This document shows positions 12,693-25,145 of a DNA stretch of 39,689 bases, piece after piece. Each line of letters begins with the position of its first letter. Position 1 is the first letter of the stretch. The stretch comes from Nemertoderma westbladi (Eukaryota > Animalia > Xenacoelomorpha): positions 1 through 39,689 of the forward strand of contig JAUCBJ010005551.1 of the NCBI GenBank assembly GCA_032718475.1, in the 5' to 3' direction. Below the pieces are notes generated by a model. That model worked only from the letters and a program-made list of their open reading frames with translations. It searched no databases and had not been told where the DNA came from. A program made the position numbers and the translations under genes.

Positions 12693-13985
12693 ATGTCAGA
12701 AGGAGCAGCTTCTGTTATATCATGTGATGAAACAAATAAAATTATTAGTAACCATCAAAAGGGATGGCGATTTTATATGTTGGTAGCCATGTTGCTAATG
12801 TATCAAATGATACCAGGTTGGTGTCAGAATCTATTAGAATCTTTCTTTCCAATTGTTGTAGAAGAGCGTGGTTGGTCGAAGACTCTGATTGGTGCATTAT
12901 TGGCAATGTTTGCTATGGTCAGACTTATAATTTACATTAGTTGCCCTCATTCTATCAACAATTGGGGGACTCGTATCTCTTTGGGTCTATTTGGCATTAT
13001 TGGTGCAGTTTCCCAATTGGCATTTGGGTTTGTAGAATATATACCCAACAACAGCAATCGATTATATATTTTCGCATGTTTTTCTCTGCGCATTATTGAA
13101 GCAGTTGGACTCAACATCAGTTATATGTATTCATACAGTCTATTGATGGATTTGTGGCCTGCACAAAGAACTTTATTAGCCAGTTTAGCTATTGTTTGTG
13201 ACGCTGTGGGATTCATGGTTGCACCAGTTTTTGGTTCATCCATTTTTGCTTCATTGGGTTTTGAGTTCCCATTTATAATATCGGGTTTGATATTTCTTAT
13301 TATTGTCCTTTATTGCTGGTTGGAGTCTCCACATTATATATATCACAGATACAAATCAAAAGAAAGACCGACCTATCTTGGGCTTTTGAAGAATCCAGCA
13401 ATTACACTTATATTTATACTGATGGTATGTGCCAGAATAATCTCATCTTTTAGTGTTGCAAACTATGCTGCCTACATTCACCACAAATACAATGTCAACC
13501 AGTACAATGTTGGTCTTATTTATATAATATTTCCAGGTCTTGCAACTTCCACTGGTGTAATAATGTCTGCAATGATGCCAAAATTGAAACATATATTACC
13601 AACCATATTCGGTGCAATGTTACTAGCAGTGTCAATGCAACTAATCGGTCCTACAGAGCTACTCGGTTTACCTCATGATCTCAACATCTCTATCACTGGA
13701 TGTGCTCTCCTTGGATTAGGGGGTGGATTATTTCATTCTCCTGCCTTGGAAACACAAACACAACTGGCTGTGAATATTTGTGGTTATCATGATAATGTTG
13801 ATACCAGATCTCTTCTCCAACAAATGTATAGAATTGCACTCTCTATAGGAGCTATTATAGGTCCTGTTCTTGGTGGATATTTCAATGATTATTTCGGCAT
13901 GGAACTTGCTTGTTCGCTTCTTAGTTTGTTTGAGTTGCCTTTTATCTTTGCGCTACTAGTTGTGTTCGCATTTAAATGTTTGTGA
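12693..13985 (+). CDS. MFS-type transporter, SLC18B1-like, single coding exon (~430 aa)
   Basis: Uninterrupted ORF with about 12 hydrophobic segments in two halves. Motifs FFP...ERG.S.T.IG, LRIIEAVG, GFEFPF, IGPTELL and GAIIGPVLGG are typical of SLC18B1-like MFS proteins. The ATG at 12693 aligns with the paralog ATG. Confidence 0.85.
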   Translation: MSEGAASVISCDETNKIISNHQKGWRFYMLVAMLLMYQMIPGWCQNLLESFFPIVVEERGWSKTLIGALLAMFAMVRLIIYISCPHSINNWGTRISLGLFGIIGAVSQLAFGFVEYIPNNSNRLYIFACFSLRIIEAVGLNISYMYSYSLLMDLWPAQRTLLASLAIVCDAVGFMVAPVFGSSIFASLGFEFPFIISGLIFLIIVLYCWLESPHYIYHRYKSKERPTYLGLLKNPAITLIFILMVCARIISSFSVANYAAYIHHKYNVNQYNVGLIYIIFPGLATSTGVIMSAMMPKLKHILPTIFGAMLLAVSMQLIGPTELLGLPHDLNISITGCALLGLGGGLFHSPALETQTQLAVNICGYHDNVDTRSLLQQMYRIALSIGAIIGPVLGGYFNDYFGMELACSLLSLFELPFIFALLVVFAFKCL

Positions 13986-14279
13986 GATATGCTATCCATA
14001 TGTTTAATGTATAAAAATCCACCATGATGATAGGGTTAGGTGATCTCATTACTTTGCATTGTGCTGTTTTTGGTAATAGTAGTATACATTAACGTTAATG
14101 TTTATAAAAGATTGTGGAACAATAACAAATTTACAATGAAAGAAATAAAAAATGTCAATGCTATTCTATTATCTTTACAATTATAAGATTCAATGGCTTG
14201 CCTATATTTTATACATTTTCCCACTCAGCAATGAATTGTTTAATATGGGAATAAAATTACAGAATTTACAGACTATTTA

Positions 14280-17200
14280 TAGACTTATGGGCGTCCCATA
14301 TGCTCTGGTGGACTATTGGTGACTTGTTGGGGATTATTATCGGTTTTGGTGGGATGACGGGGCTGTTGTTGTTTACCACCCTGGAGTTCATGACCAGGAT
14401 CCCATCATTGTCCAATTGTGGCGATAGCGTTGTTGTTTGCTGATGCGGTTCACCTCGTCTTCGTACCCCTTCCTTTGCTTGTATCGTATCACGGCTTTGG
14501 CCGCCCCTTCTAGATCGATGGTGGGTCTCGTTTTGGTATCGTTACCAACTCCCTACTAAGGAATTCCCCATAGGCCCTCAGATATGCTACAAGCTTCTTC
14601 GTCTTATACCAGCTGGAGCTGTAACTGAGCAACCTATCCATTGGGTTATCGTACGACTCTCTCGGTTTTGATCGCGGTGGCGCTTCCTTAAGCTCCCTCA
14701 CTAATTGGCTAAATATTTCCTCCCCCTCTGATTCTTCTCCCTCCTCCCCCACTGTCACTTCCTCTATGCTTGGATCTACCTTCCTCATCGGCGGCCAGCT
14801 CGACCTATCGTTAAGGAAGTGTGGGCTATGCTGCCACAACTCCTGCTTTCTCGAGAAAGTGTGGCGTACAAGGCCCCTCGATAGCAGATCCGCTGGATTG
14901 TCGTCAGTTGGGCAGTAGTGCCACATCTCTAAGTCTGACATTGCTCTTATTTCATCTACTCTATTCACCACAAATATGGGATAACGCTTCTTCTCATTAT
15001 GCAGCCATCCTAACACTACCATGGAATCTGTCCAGTAGTGCGTCTCTACTATACTTGGTATTGTGTCCACCAAGTATGCTGTTGCTCTTACTCCTAATCT
15101 CGCAGCCGTTAGCTCAAGTTTTCGTACTGATGCTGAATCTGGTGGCGTCGACCTCGCTTTACTAAACGCAAGCCTGGGCTTATGAGTCCCCTTCGCTGTA
15201 CTAAATAAAGTGCCGCTCCATATGCTTCGAAGGAAGCGTCGGAAAACATATGTAATTCTAAATTGGTCATGTCTCTGTCCAGGAAGTATACGTGTGGCAT
15301 ACTATACATCCCCATCTCTTCGAGGCTCCCTGTCCATTTCTCCCATTATCTGCTTATCTCTACTGGGACCTCCGCGTCCCAGTCATCTTTCAATTTATAG
15401 ACCTTCTTTAATATTTGTTTCCCCGTGACTAACAATGGGGATGCTACACCTAGGGGGTCGTAAATCCTCGCTATGTATGACACATAGCCTCGTTTAGTAT
15501 GGATCCCGGCACCCTCCTGACTTAGTTGATACTCCAACTCATCTGTCTCCTGGTTCTATACGATCCCTAGTGCCTTCTGCTGCGACTCCATCCTCTTGTC
15601 CGCCATAATCTGCCCCTTTACCATCGTAGGTTTATCCATCTTCGCCTCTGGTTGTTCATCTTCTATGGCCTCCATAAATTCTTTAGAGTTGGACTGTAAT
15701 TTTGTGAGGTAGAATCCTGATCCCTTCAGGGTGTCGTGAACTTCGCGCCCTACATCGAGTATCTCTTCAACCGAGTTTCCAGAGCCCATCCCATCGTCCA
15801 CATAGAATCCGCATCGAATCATGTCGATCGCCTTCTCACTGTATTCCCCCTCTTTGCCCTCCACTGTGTCTCTTACAGCTGCAGTCGTAGTAAACGAGGA
15901 TGACTTGGCCCCCATGTTCTGCACTACCATCTTGTACATCGGTATCTCCGACGGTTCTTCGTCGCCATTGTAACACAGGAAGCGCTGACTATCGCTGTCC
16001 TCCTCTGTCACTCGCACTTGATTAAACATGCCCTCTATATTGCATGTGAAGGCGTTTTTTTCACTTCTAAATCTTAACAGGACCTCTATCCCCGACTTGT
16101 AGATATTGGGGCCTAACAGCTGGTAGTCATTCAGGCTCTCCGTTAGTCTTGGAAGATGCATCAACCACCATTCTTAACTTGCCCTTCTTAGGGTCCAGAG
16201 CCACATGGAGTGGCAATATCGGTAGGTCCTATCGGTATTTGGTTCATCAACTGGTAGTTCCACGGCCCATCCTCTATCCACGTACTTCTTGATTGTTTTG
16301 TGGATGTATTCATCGTTTTCGGGGCTCCGTTTAAGCGTCTGCTTTAATTTTCGAAGCCTCGTCATGACTATTCTCTTATTGTCTGGCAGTGGCACCTTCG
16401 GTTGCTTCCATACCATCCCTATGGTATATCGCCCCCCTTCACATTTCATCGAGTTCCTGATGCTCTCCTGCGCCTGTTTATCCTCCACCGAGGTTCCAAC
16501 CCCGGTCTCCTTCAACCCCTCGAAGTCCTGCCGTAGCAGCCTCTTGAGTTGTTCTTCTGCTCCCTCGTCCCCCAGTTCCCTTATTGTCCCCACGAACATG
16601 CACCCTGAGGATTCGGACACGCTGAACGGGATTCTGGTCTTAATTGGGCCACTGAGCGTCCATCCGAATGGCGTGAGAATCGCCACTGGGTCTCGCTCCA
16701 TATCTTCGCCGAAAACGGTCTGTAGTCTCTCGTGGGCTGTCGGACTATGAGAGATACTTTTGGGACATCCAGTTCGAGCATGGAGAAGTCGATATTATCC
16801 AGGTATCGGTATTGCTCGACCTCCATCTTTGTGGGTCGACTGGCATTAATTTTGATCGATTCTATTATCTGAATGGGTTCGATAGTAGCCCCATAGTCGC
16901 ACCCTGGTGTTATCGCTGCTATCTCGCATCGTCCCGTCCTCATTCTCATGACCTCGTCCTTACTGGAAATAGTGGTTACCACCATCTTACTTGGCCTCGT
17001 TCGTAACCCTATCTTTTCGGCCACTCAACTTTCCGCTAGTGTGAACGCTGCTCCGCTATCGACCAGCATTAGCGTCGTAACCGATAGCTCGTTCTCCCCT
17101 TTTATCCTCACTTGTACCACTCCAAGTAGTACCATTCCCCTTTTCTTTGCTCCCATGGTGCTTGTTGCCATCGTCTGGCCTCCAGTCCCATCAGTCTCAT

Positions 17201-18502
17201 CGTATTTTACCGGTGGTTCCTGGCACTCACTCGGCATACCTGTGTCCTCCTACCGCACATCGATGACATAGTCCATTCTTACCAGTGTAGGCCCGATCTT
17301 GTTTAAGTAATGCCTGCCAATGTTTGCAGTCTATGGTCTTTTGTGTACCGAACCTATGTAATTGGCATTTGTATTGGGGGTTGTAGCGTTCCTTGTATAG
17401 CGCTTCACATATTGCGCTTAGATTCATATCTAGCGGTTTAGTGTTTTGGTTACTTGGACTCGACCTACTGGGTGTATTGGGTTTGTATTTGTTTGTGTTG
17501 TTGCTTTGCTTTTGTCCCTGCCACGGTGTGGCTCTACTCCCAGCTCCTTGTGGACTAGAAGTCCCCTGCATGGCCGCATGCGGTAGCGACTGTCTCACTT
17601 TAGGAAATGCATCCGCCGGACTATGTTCCGGTTTAGGTCGGCTGCATTCCACTTTCGGTACCTTACCGAGACTACTCACTTTAGACTGGATCCATTATTA
17701 ACTCCGCCTCGTAGTTAAGGAAGTTTGACATCTCCTCCAACCCTGGCTCCACACCTTTCTTTTCTCGAGTGGAGAAAGCGATCTTTCTCCATTTGTTTCT
17801 CAGCCAGATCGGTAGTGCCTGCGCTATCGTGGTGATGTTGTTCGATGCATTGAGTTCGTAAGGTGCATCTCGAGTCTTTAAAACTATTAGTGCCATTTCT
17901 ACTTTGTTAGCGAATGTCTTGATGCTAACAGGGTTAACTGCGAGTCCGCCTGATGTTCTTCCCCTTAATGTTTGTCGGATAATCTTCGCAGGATGGCCGA
18001 ATTCCCTGTCCAGGGCTCGCCATGCAGTCGAGAATCCTCCTTCAATACCTTGGTATTATTGGTAATGCCTCACGATGTCATAAGCTGGCCCCCCTGTATA
18101 GACTTGTAGATATATAAGGCACTCCGCCTGCGTGAGATTTTTCGTCAAGATTTCATTGCTGTACATGCACCGGAATTGTATATATTCCTCCGGCTTACTA
18201 CCATAGAACTTGAAGGGCTCCATGGGTGGCAGCTCAATTTTAGTTTTTAGCGCGTCGATGAGTGTTGCCATTCCCATCGCTTGTACTTCTAGCGCGCTCA
18301 ATGGTAGTGATACAGGCTCCTTCGGTGTTGGGTGCGGTTCGCCTATCGGGCCCGTCAACTTTCCCTGAGTGGGATATATCATCGGGGGTTGCAGTCCCCT
18401 CCATATCTCTGTATCGCACAATTTGTTTGGATCTGAGGGGGTCGGGGTTCTTGTTTTTGGTTGTGTATATTGCGGATACTGTAATGGGGGAATGTCACCC
18501 TG
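14280..18502 (-). mobile_element. Decayed BEL/Pao LTR retrotransposon internal region (gag-PR-RT-RNase H), truncated at both ends
   Basis: Gag FYGSKPEEYIQF..YLQVYTGG and CHRCAVGGH..C, protease LVDSGA, RT FYVDD, RNase H LHMFSDAS/WTDS/NPADLLSRG. Many stops and frameshifts. Breaks off at the start of integrase (IIP..DAHK, ~14285). No LTRs seen. Confidence 0.9.
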
Positions 18503-18683
18503 CCCCCCCCCCCCCCCCCCCCCCACCGATGTTATGTTCGGTACTGGGTATGGCGTCTCAAAAAGATCAAAATTATAACAATTACTGCAATAGTTTGAAA
18601 TAATATAATAGTGTATGTAAATAACTAAATCATTCATGAAAATATTTAAATCACTTATGAAATATTTAAAAGATGTCCAAATG

Positions 18684-18736
18684 TTATTGCGGCAATAAAT
18701 AATTATTGCGGCAATAAATAATTATTGCGGCAATAA
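18684..18736. repeat. Three tandem 19-bp units, each with the palindromic core TTATTGC-G-GCAATAA
   Basis: ttattgcggcaataaataa repeated three times (last copy partial), upstream of the IS3EU-like transposase. Confidence 0.85.
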
Positions 18737-19070
18737 TTATGGGCGAGTGGGTTAAGGCGCCACTCCTGATTTGCACTATTGGTAACTGGCGCAGGCGCTG
18801 GTTCGATTTCAACATAAGGCTATTATTATTTCGTTCAATCTTTCGTCCAGCCAGCCTCTGTTCACATACCAGTAGTGGTAGCGAAGATATTTCATTGGTT
18901 GCTAGGTTCTATGATTAATGTGTTATAATGAAACCTTCAATGCAGTGAATCACATTGTACATAGGTAGGCCTACATATCTTTATTTTATTTAATTTTATA
19001 TTCTATGTATGTACAATAATACATTTGTACGTTCCATAAACTGTAGTTACATATTACTTTATGTTACAGA

Positions 19071-20706
19071 CATGGCAGATCCCGGATTCGGTTTTTTGAA
19101 TGATCTCCGGGGATTGATATGCCAATGCAGTCGTATAACTGAAAACGGAATCGGTTACGATGAATACGATTATTTACATCGACAGCTCGAGTATTATGTT
19201 TCAATACTTGGGCAAATTGAATCAACACAAGATGGTAAGGCCTTCTCTTCTGGGAGAGTTGGAGCAAGATACAAAGGCGTGGTGGCATTGGTTAAATGTA
19301 GTAGAGTAGGTTAAATTGTCTCCAAGCGTGTTTGCACTTGTAATAATGTAGCTGTGCAGGATGAGAACCACGTTATTATAGAATGCCCGCTTACTCGGAA
19401 CTTACGGGTGCGGTACGGTTACGAGGTTGTCAGATCGATAAGTGAGCTTATGTTGCAGGGAGATAATATTGCTAAATTGTGCACATTTATTTTTGAAGTG
19501 TTAGAGGTATTTAATTAAATATATAAAGTAAGATTATTATTACTGGGAATTCAATTGAACCGTTTTACTGGTACTAGATTATTTTAAAAAAAAAAATAAC
19601 AAGATAAATTTCATATTGGACAATTAATATATAACTTTCTTTTCAAGTTTTTGTTTTTACTGTGCTCTTTATATTGTTATATCTGTATAATGTTGATAAT
19701 AATTGTCAATAAATATATATATATAGTGCGACCAAAAGAAAGACTCACTTGTTGTTGTTCAAATCCAACCCAACTTCAACCTTCCGTAATATACTCAGGA
19801 CAGTCTGGACGTCCATTGTATGGCATTAACAAAGAAACTCTGGAATATTTGAGGGACACAGGATTCTCATGGGTCCAGATTAGTCTAATGTTCGGTGTTA
19901 GCCGAGCCACCATCACTTGTCGAGTTCATCAATTTGGTATACAGAGGAGAGAAACATTTTCAAGCATTTCAGACACTGATTTAAAGGTCATTATCGAGAA
20001 CATACATCGGGAGTATGTACATGCGGGATGCCGGCTGGAACGCCGAATTTTGTTAGCACGAAGAATTCGCGTGACTCTTCGTAGAGTCCATACTTACGGC
20101 AATAGATCCTGCCTGTGTTAGCAGCTCAGAGATGGGGCGCTCTTATACAGAGGCGTCGATATTCTGTTATAGGGGCTAATGCGTTATGGCACATCGACGG
20201 GCACCATTCTCTAAGCCGATGGGGTCTTGTTGTACATGGTAAAGTAGAAGATTATTAAATTTGTCCTTGAAAAATTTCGCACCTATTTTTTTAAAACTAC
20301 TCCAAATATAAATAAGCCCATATAATACTTCTCAGAAAATAGAAGAAATATCGAAAGTTTACATATGTTCTTTTAACTTAAAAATTAATGCATTTAATTA
20401 AAAATCTATAAATAAATGTAAAATAAATTTTAAAAACTAAACAATATAATTAATTACATTACTATTTTTACACAAAAAAAATCTATAGCAGATTTGTCGC
20501 GGTGAATAATTTGAGGCTAATAAAGTAATCTTCCTCTATGTGGGATATACGGGTTTTCAAGATTGGTGGTATATTTATATTGTTCAACCAACAATTGCGC
20601 GGACACTGTCGTTAAGATATTCCATAACGCGGTCCTGACTTACAGTCTCCCCTCCAGAGTTCGTGGAGATAAGGGATCTGAAAATCGGGACGTAGCAAGA
20701 TACATG
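19071..20706 (+). pseudogene. IS3EU-like (IS3/IS481-related) eukaryotic DDE transposase, spliced, truncated by the BEL element
   Basis: HTH region GRP...GFSW..IS.MFGVSRATI, then SD.DL, RRRYSV.GANALWHIDGHH.L.RW..VHG, an intron (20239-20539), and [19 protein letters not shown]...[12 protein letters not shown]. Frameshift near 20090. Putative first exon 19071-19233 ends at G|GTAAG. The family assignment is from memory of motifs. Confidence 0.75.
19270..19725 (+). mobile_element. 3' fragment of a non-LTR retrotransposon (C-terminal CCHC domain plus 3' UTR) inside the transposase gene
   Basis: Encodes RVCTCNNVAVQDENHVIIECPLT...EVFN*. The 3' UTR ends in aataaatatatatata (~19708-19725). Confidence 0.65.
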
Positions 20707-23700
20707 TGAAATCAACATAGGTCACATTCCTACTGTTGTAAGAGACAGTAACAAATTATACCGCAATATCCTACTGTAAAGTTTCTGAATCAAGGCATAA
20801 TCCAACCTTCTCACCAAAACAGTAAACTCCAAGTAAGCAAATCTATTGCAGTATTGGTCTCTTATAACCGGTGAGGCAGAAGACAGTCTACGAACGGACA
20901 AACTTCGATAAAACAAAATCCCGCGCAGCGAATCCTAAAATCGGGCTGACTCACTGACGGACTAAGGCGCTCGTATACTTTGCCGCGGTGTGATTTATAT
21001 GGTGGGTGAGAGAGACGCTAGCTACAAATATAACTAGCGGGCAAAGCCGTGGTATGGACAAATTATTTTATATATTTCGAGGTACAAATAATTCCTAAAC
21101 GCGCGTGTGTTTTATTCAGGGTCAAATTGATTTTGTAATCCTTCGTATAATATCATTTACTGGGTCCGGTGTACATTTTACAAATATTCTAATTTTGGTA
21201 GTTTGTAGGTCTAATACTTACAAATGATAAGGCTCCTTCCCCTTTTGTGTATTTCCAGGACTCAAATTCAGGCATAAGGTTAATACTACGCCCAGAATTC
21301 GGCAATTTTAATTTACCAGGTCCCTAATACTAAGAAGAAATGTGTTAGTTTACTACAGTAGGCGTACTGTTACAAATAGCTAGCCTGGCGTTCTTATCTA
21401 GAATTTTGGTTGCCTAGATGGGCACGGCAACTTCCTAACAGGATGTCGGCGGGGACACGGTAGGTGATAGTATCCCTAATAGCCTTAATTTATATGCGCC
21501 TAGCAGTAAACTGCCCTACCGCCTGAACGGTATAATTTTAATTCAGGGAAAAAACACAGTAACCCTCTCCTGGCCTACAAGCTCCAACGCAAACGATGAA
21601 CACCGTTGTACTACTGACAAGCCACCAGCGCACCTATACCTGGCAAATGAGTTAGGCGTACAGTTTGCTGCACCCTACCAATGTGCATGCCGTGTAATGG
21701 TGTGCCTGTGTCCTATCTGTGTACTGGTATCTCTCTGCCTATCCTCTCCTCCCGTAGGAATACGAAGGGTTTCCGCGGGTTTTCCCGAGTCAAAATAATA
21801 CGGTTCCTAAATTTAAATTTTTGGCGTACAGTGTGTCGCTACTTCTACCTTCGATCTCAGGTCTTATACTTAGGTAGCGAGGCATCGAACGCTGTCTAAC
21901 CTTTCAGGCGATGGGCGAATAACTACGAATCAGTATTGTGGGTGGTCTCCTGTCTACATTCCTCCGATGTTCCCGTTCATTGCTGTGGCCCGATGTCTAG
22001 CCTGCCATCCTGTTCCTCAGTTGGGTTCACCGTGGTGAAACATAATAGAAAAAGGGCAGATATAGCGATAATTCTGACTTTATTACAGATAACCAACAAT
22101 TATATTAATATAAACAATGTAATCTGAAATAACTAACGGATGTAAGTGAGAGATAACTAATAAGTGAAATGCTAATAACTAATGAACAAATCGCACCTTT
22201 TATAGCAAATTTGTGCTGCAATCAATCGAGTTAAATCTAGATTGTTCTATGAGTTCTAATAGGTTTTTAAAGATAACCATTGGTCCAGCGAACACGTATC
22301 TTGCACGACTGAGGACTTAATGTAATCTTTATAGAAAGTTAATTCGAACAAAATAAAATTTTGAAAATCCACGGCATTTATGAGAATATAATTCTATACC
22401 GCTCCATGAAAACAGGATATTATCGTGCATAAAATATACGGTTTTCACCAATTCTAAATCAAATTATGGAATACTTGGGACGTACTTACATATTTACAAA
22501 TTAAATCTCAACAATAATACCTTTACATAATAATTCGATACAAAATAATTACAAATTCAAACTTTACGTATTTAAGGCTTTATTAAGTAAGTACAATATA
22601 AATCTAAATTAAATTCACCAAAATAAATCTATTGCATCTCAAATATTGCATAAATTCAAACAATCACAAATACAAATGCTACTTAAATATAAAACAAATT
22701 GCATAAGTTCGGAATAAATTCAAATAAGTCACAAGAAAGGCTCACAAGTCTTCCGACTGCTCTTGCCTTCTATTTACTGCGAATACAAGTACTGCTTCTT
22801 TATAAAATATAAATTGCATAATATTCGAAACAATAAATTGCGTAAGTTTGGAATAACTACAAATATAGCACTTTCTAAATATAAATCTTACTAAATATAA
22901 ATCTTACTAAATATAAATCTTACTAAATATAAATGTAAACGACATAAGTTTAGAACAATATAAACTGCATAAGTTTAGAACAATATAAACTGCATAAGTT
23001 TAGAACAATATAAACTGCATAAGTTTAGAACAATATAAACTGCATAAGTTTAGAACGATCTCAAATATAAATATAAATCTTTCAAATATAAATTCCTTCC
23101 AGAATATAATGCTTTCTAAATACAAAACTTTCTAAATACAAAACTTTCTAAATACAAAATATAAATCAAATAAATCTCAAGAAAGGCTCACGAGACGACT
23201 TTGCCTTCCATTTTACCGTCTTTCAGAACGGGCCCTGCCACGTCCTCGAAAACTGCGTACAGGCGATTTAGCTCGTGATACAGGACTTATGGGGCGAGTC
23301 ACTAGTTTACCTTGGACGTTGGGAGATGGTGCGACCATTTCCTCACATGCTCGTCTATTAGGCATCCCAAATCCTCGACCGACTCCTCGTGATCGACCGG
23401 TTGTGTCTACCGTTGGTAAAACGTCTGGGAACGCGCGGGAAGCGGACGACGCAGACCCAAGAGAAACTTGCGCCCCCTTTGATCAGCTGGTATGTGTCCT
23501 AATCCTCCTTGCGGTTCTCTGGGAAGTGACACCGTATCTCGAGTAACTAGAATAGTTGGTTCACTACCCTTTCTTTCTTCAACATTTATAGTTTTCTTTA
23601 GTTGCTGGCTCACCTTTTGAACCCTTATGATCCTATTCTGTCCGTCCTCCCGAGGGTGACGTGCAGACGGCGCGACAGGAGTAGCTGGTATGATGGTCGC

Positions 23701-23709
23701 CTCTAGGAT
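20707..23709. repeat. Direct repeat copy 1 (3.0 kb)
   Basis: Nearly identical to 34492-37085 (offset 13376 from 21279 onward). About 17 substitutions by eye. Contains 423 bp (20856-21278) absent from copy 2. Confidence 0.95.
22872..23160. repeat. Minisatellite cluster in the BEL 3' non-coding region
   Basis: 16-bp taaatataaatcttac x3-4, 25-bp cataagtttagaacaatataaactg x4-5 and 16-bp tttctaaatacaaaac x3. Confidence 0.9.
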
Positions 23710-24484
23710 CTCCTCTTCCTCGAATATGCTCGCTCGTATGCGTTTATGGTAGAAGGCAGCTCGGTACGCCCATGCGACGGTTAACCAAGCTCCCTTGTTT
23801 CACTTTTCGGTTCGGAAACGATCAAATTCACCATATGTGATACGATTAAACATTTTGGGCAAAGTTTATACTTTCGAAAATTTCCGGTGTCATCTCCTTA
23901 GCTGAAGTTTGATCGTGTGACGTCCAATGGTAAGGTAGGCTCGCGAGTCTTCCGCCCCATTCTTCCATCTCACCTTCCTCGAAAGCCTTATAGGCTCTGT
24001 ATAGGCTAAGAGCTTCTTTCTTTTCGCGGGTTGACTGAGTCACCTCTTCCAGCGTAAGTTCAAATGCATCGGGTTCAACAATCTTAGGTGGACAAACGAC
24101 AATTTCTCCCGCCTTTGGTCCACACATAGCAAATGAATGATACGGATTTGATAAAGGATACCCTCCTTCCTGGTAGCGTAGTTGTTGATGGTTCGAACAC
24201 CTCGCCAATATCGGTTCGGGATTTTCCTTATTCAAACGCATCGGAATCGCCTTTTGTTGTTTGCGCATACAAGCACCACATTTATAATAAAGTTTGTAAA
24301 CTGAAAAGGCTTCCTTCGTTTCTCTATCGTCTCCTCGAGTTCGTCTGTAAAGATGCATTCCATCGAATTCATCGCGTACCGCAGGCATAGGTTCATGTGC
24401 CTTCAGGTATTGCATGGTATGATACAAACGACTAATTTCTGTATCGGGGTCTTCACTGATATCTCCCGATATCCCCTTTGCCAT
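23213..24484 (-). pseudogene. Third ORF of the BEL element, unknown function, not env-like
   Basis: ATG at 24484 in good context (ATAATGG), open to 23846. Coding-like sequence continues in shifted frames (TGA at 23800-23802, shift near 23475) to an R/S/G-rich tail and TAA at 23213-23215. The extension past 23846 is inferred. Confidence 0.55.
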
Positions 24485-25145
24485 TATTGGAAGTATGGTT
24501 ACATAATCATTGCTACTAGAGGGAATACAACAGAGTTTATTGTTAGTTGTGAGGAGATGTGAGAGTTTTCGTCTGCCCTTTGGGCTCGACAACGCTCTAA
24601 CCTCCTACCCATAGCCTAAGATCTAGGGTTTCTTTAATGACACACTGTTTCTTATCTAAAATTTTTTGCCGAAATAAAAACGATTTTGGGCTAAACTGGC
24701 TGTGAGTCTAAAATACTCACTTTTTGATCCCAAACTATTATCAGAAAATAAGCAGTCAAGAATTAGTAATAAATATAGGGAAGTCTATTATTTGACGTAA
24801 CTTATTGAAACAAGACCGTGTAAAATTTAATTAAATTTAAGAAAGGCTCGCAAGTCTTCCGTTCTCTTGTTTCTCTAATTTTAAGTTCCACCCGACTGTA
24901 CCCTGAAATCTATTCACTGGAGAAAATTTTAAAATTTTTCAAATCCAAATGGATTGTCTAAATTTTCGAAAATGTCTCAATATTGTGAGTTCCAAGTAGA
25001 ATTCCATTTCTTATACCTACAAATCCCGCTCCTATGTGACACATAAGGGTACTACCCTCAATGTTCACATATAAAGACAATGGAATTCTACCGCTGTCTT
25101 TACTACAGTGTACAGGTACGTGGAAATCTATTTGTAAACTCCTTA

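Noticed and set aside
18503-18637. N-terminus and poly-Gly run of the 193-aa ORF 18056..18637
   Set aside because: It is chance read-through of AT-rich flank and a C homopolymer into the truncated gag.
20707-20873. Short plus-strand LTR (TG...CA at 20707-20850) followed by a PBS-like TGGTCTCTTATAACCGG
   Set aside because: The orientation is wrong for the minus-strand genes, there is no PPT before the second copy, and no tRNA match could be confirmed.
22872-23160. CRISPR-like array
   Set aside because: Units are contiguous with no unique spacers, there are no cas genes, and the context is a eukaryotic TE.
23289-23546. Plus-strand 85-aa ORF, also at 36665-36922
   Set aside because: It is antisense to ORF3 and duplicated only because it lies in the repeat. 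There is no independent support.
23846-24592. env gene
   Set aside because: No signal peptide or transmembrane anchor is visible.
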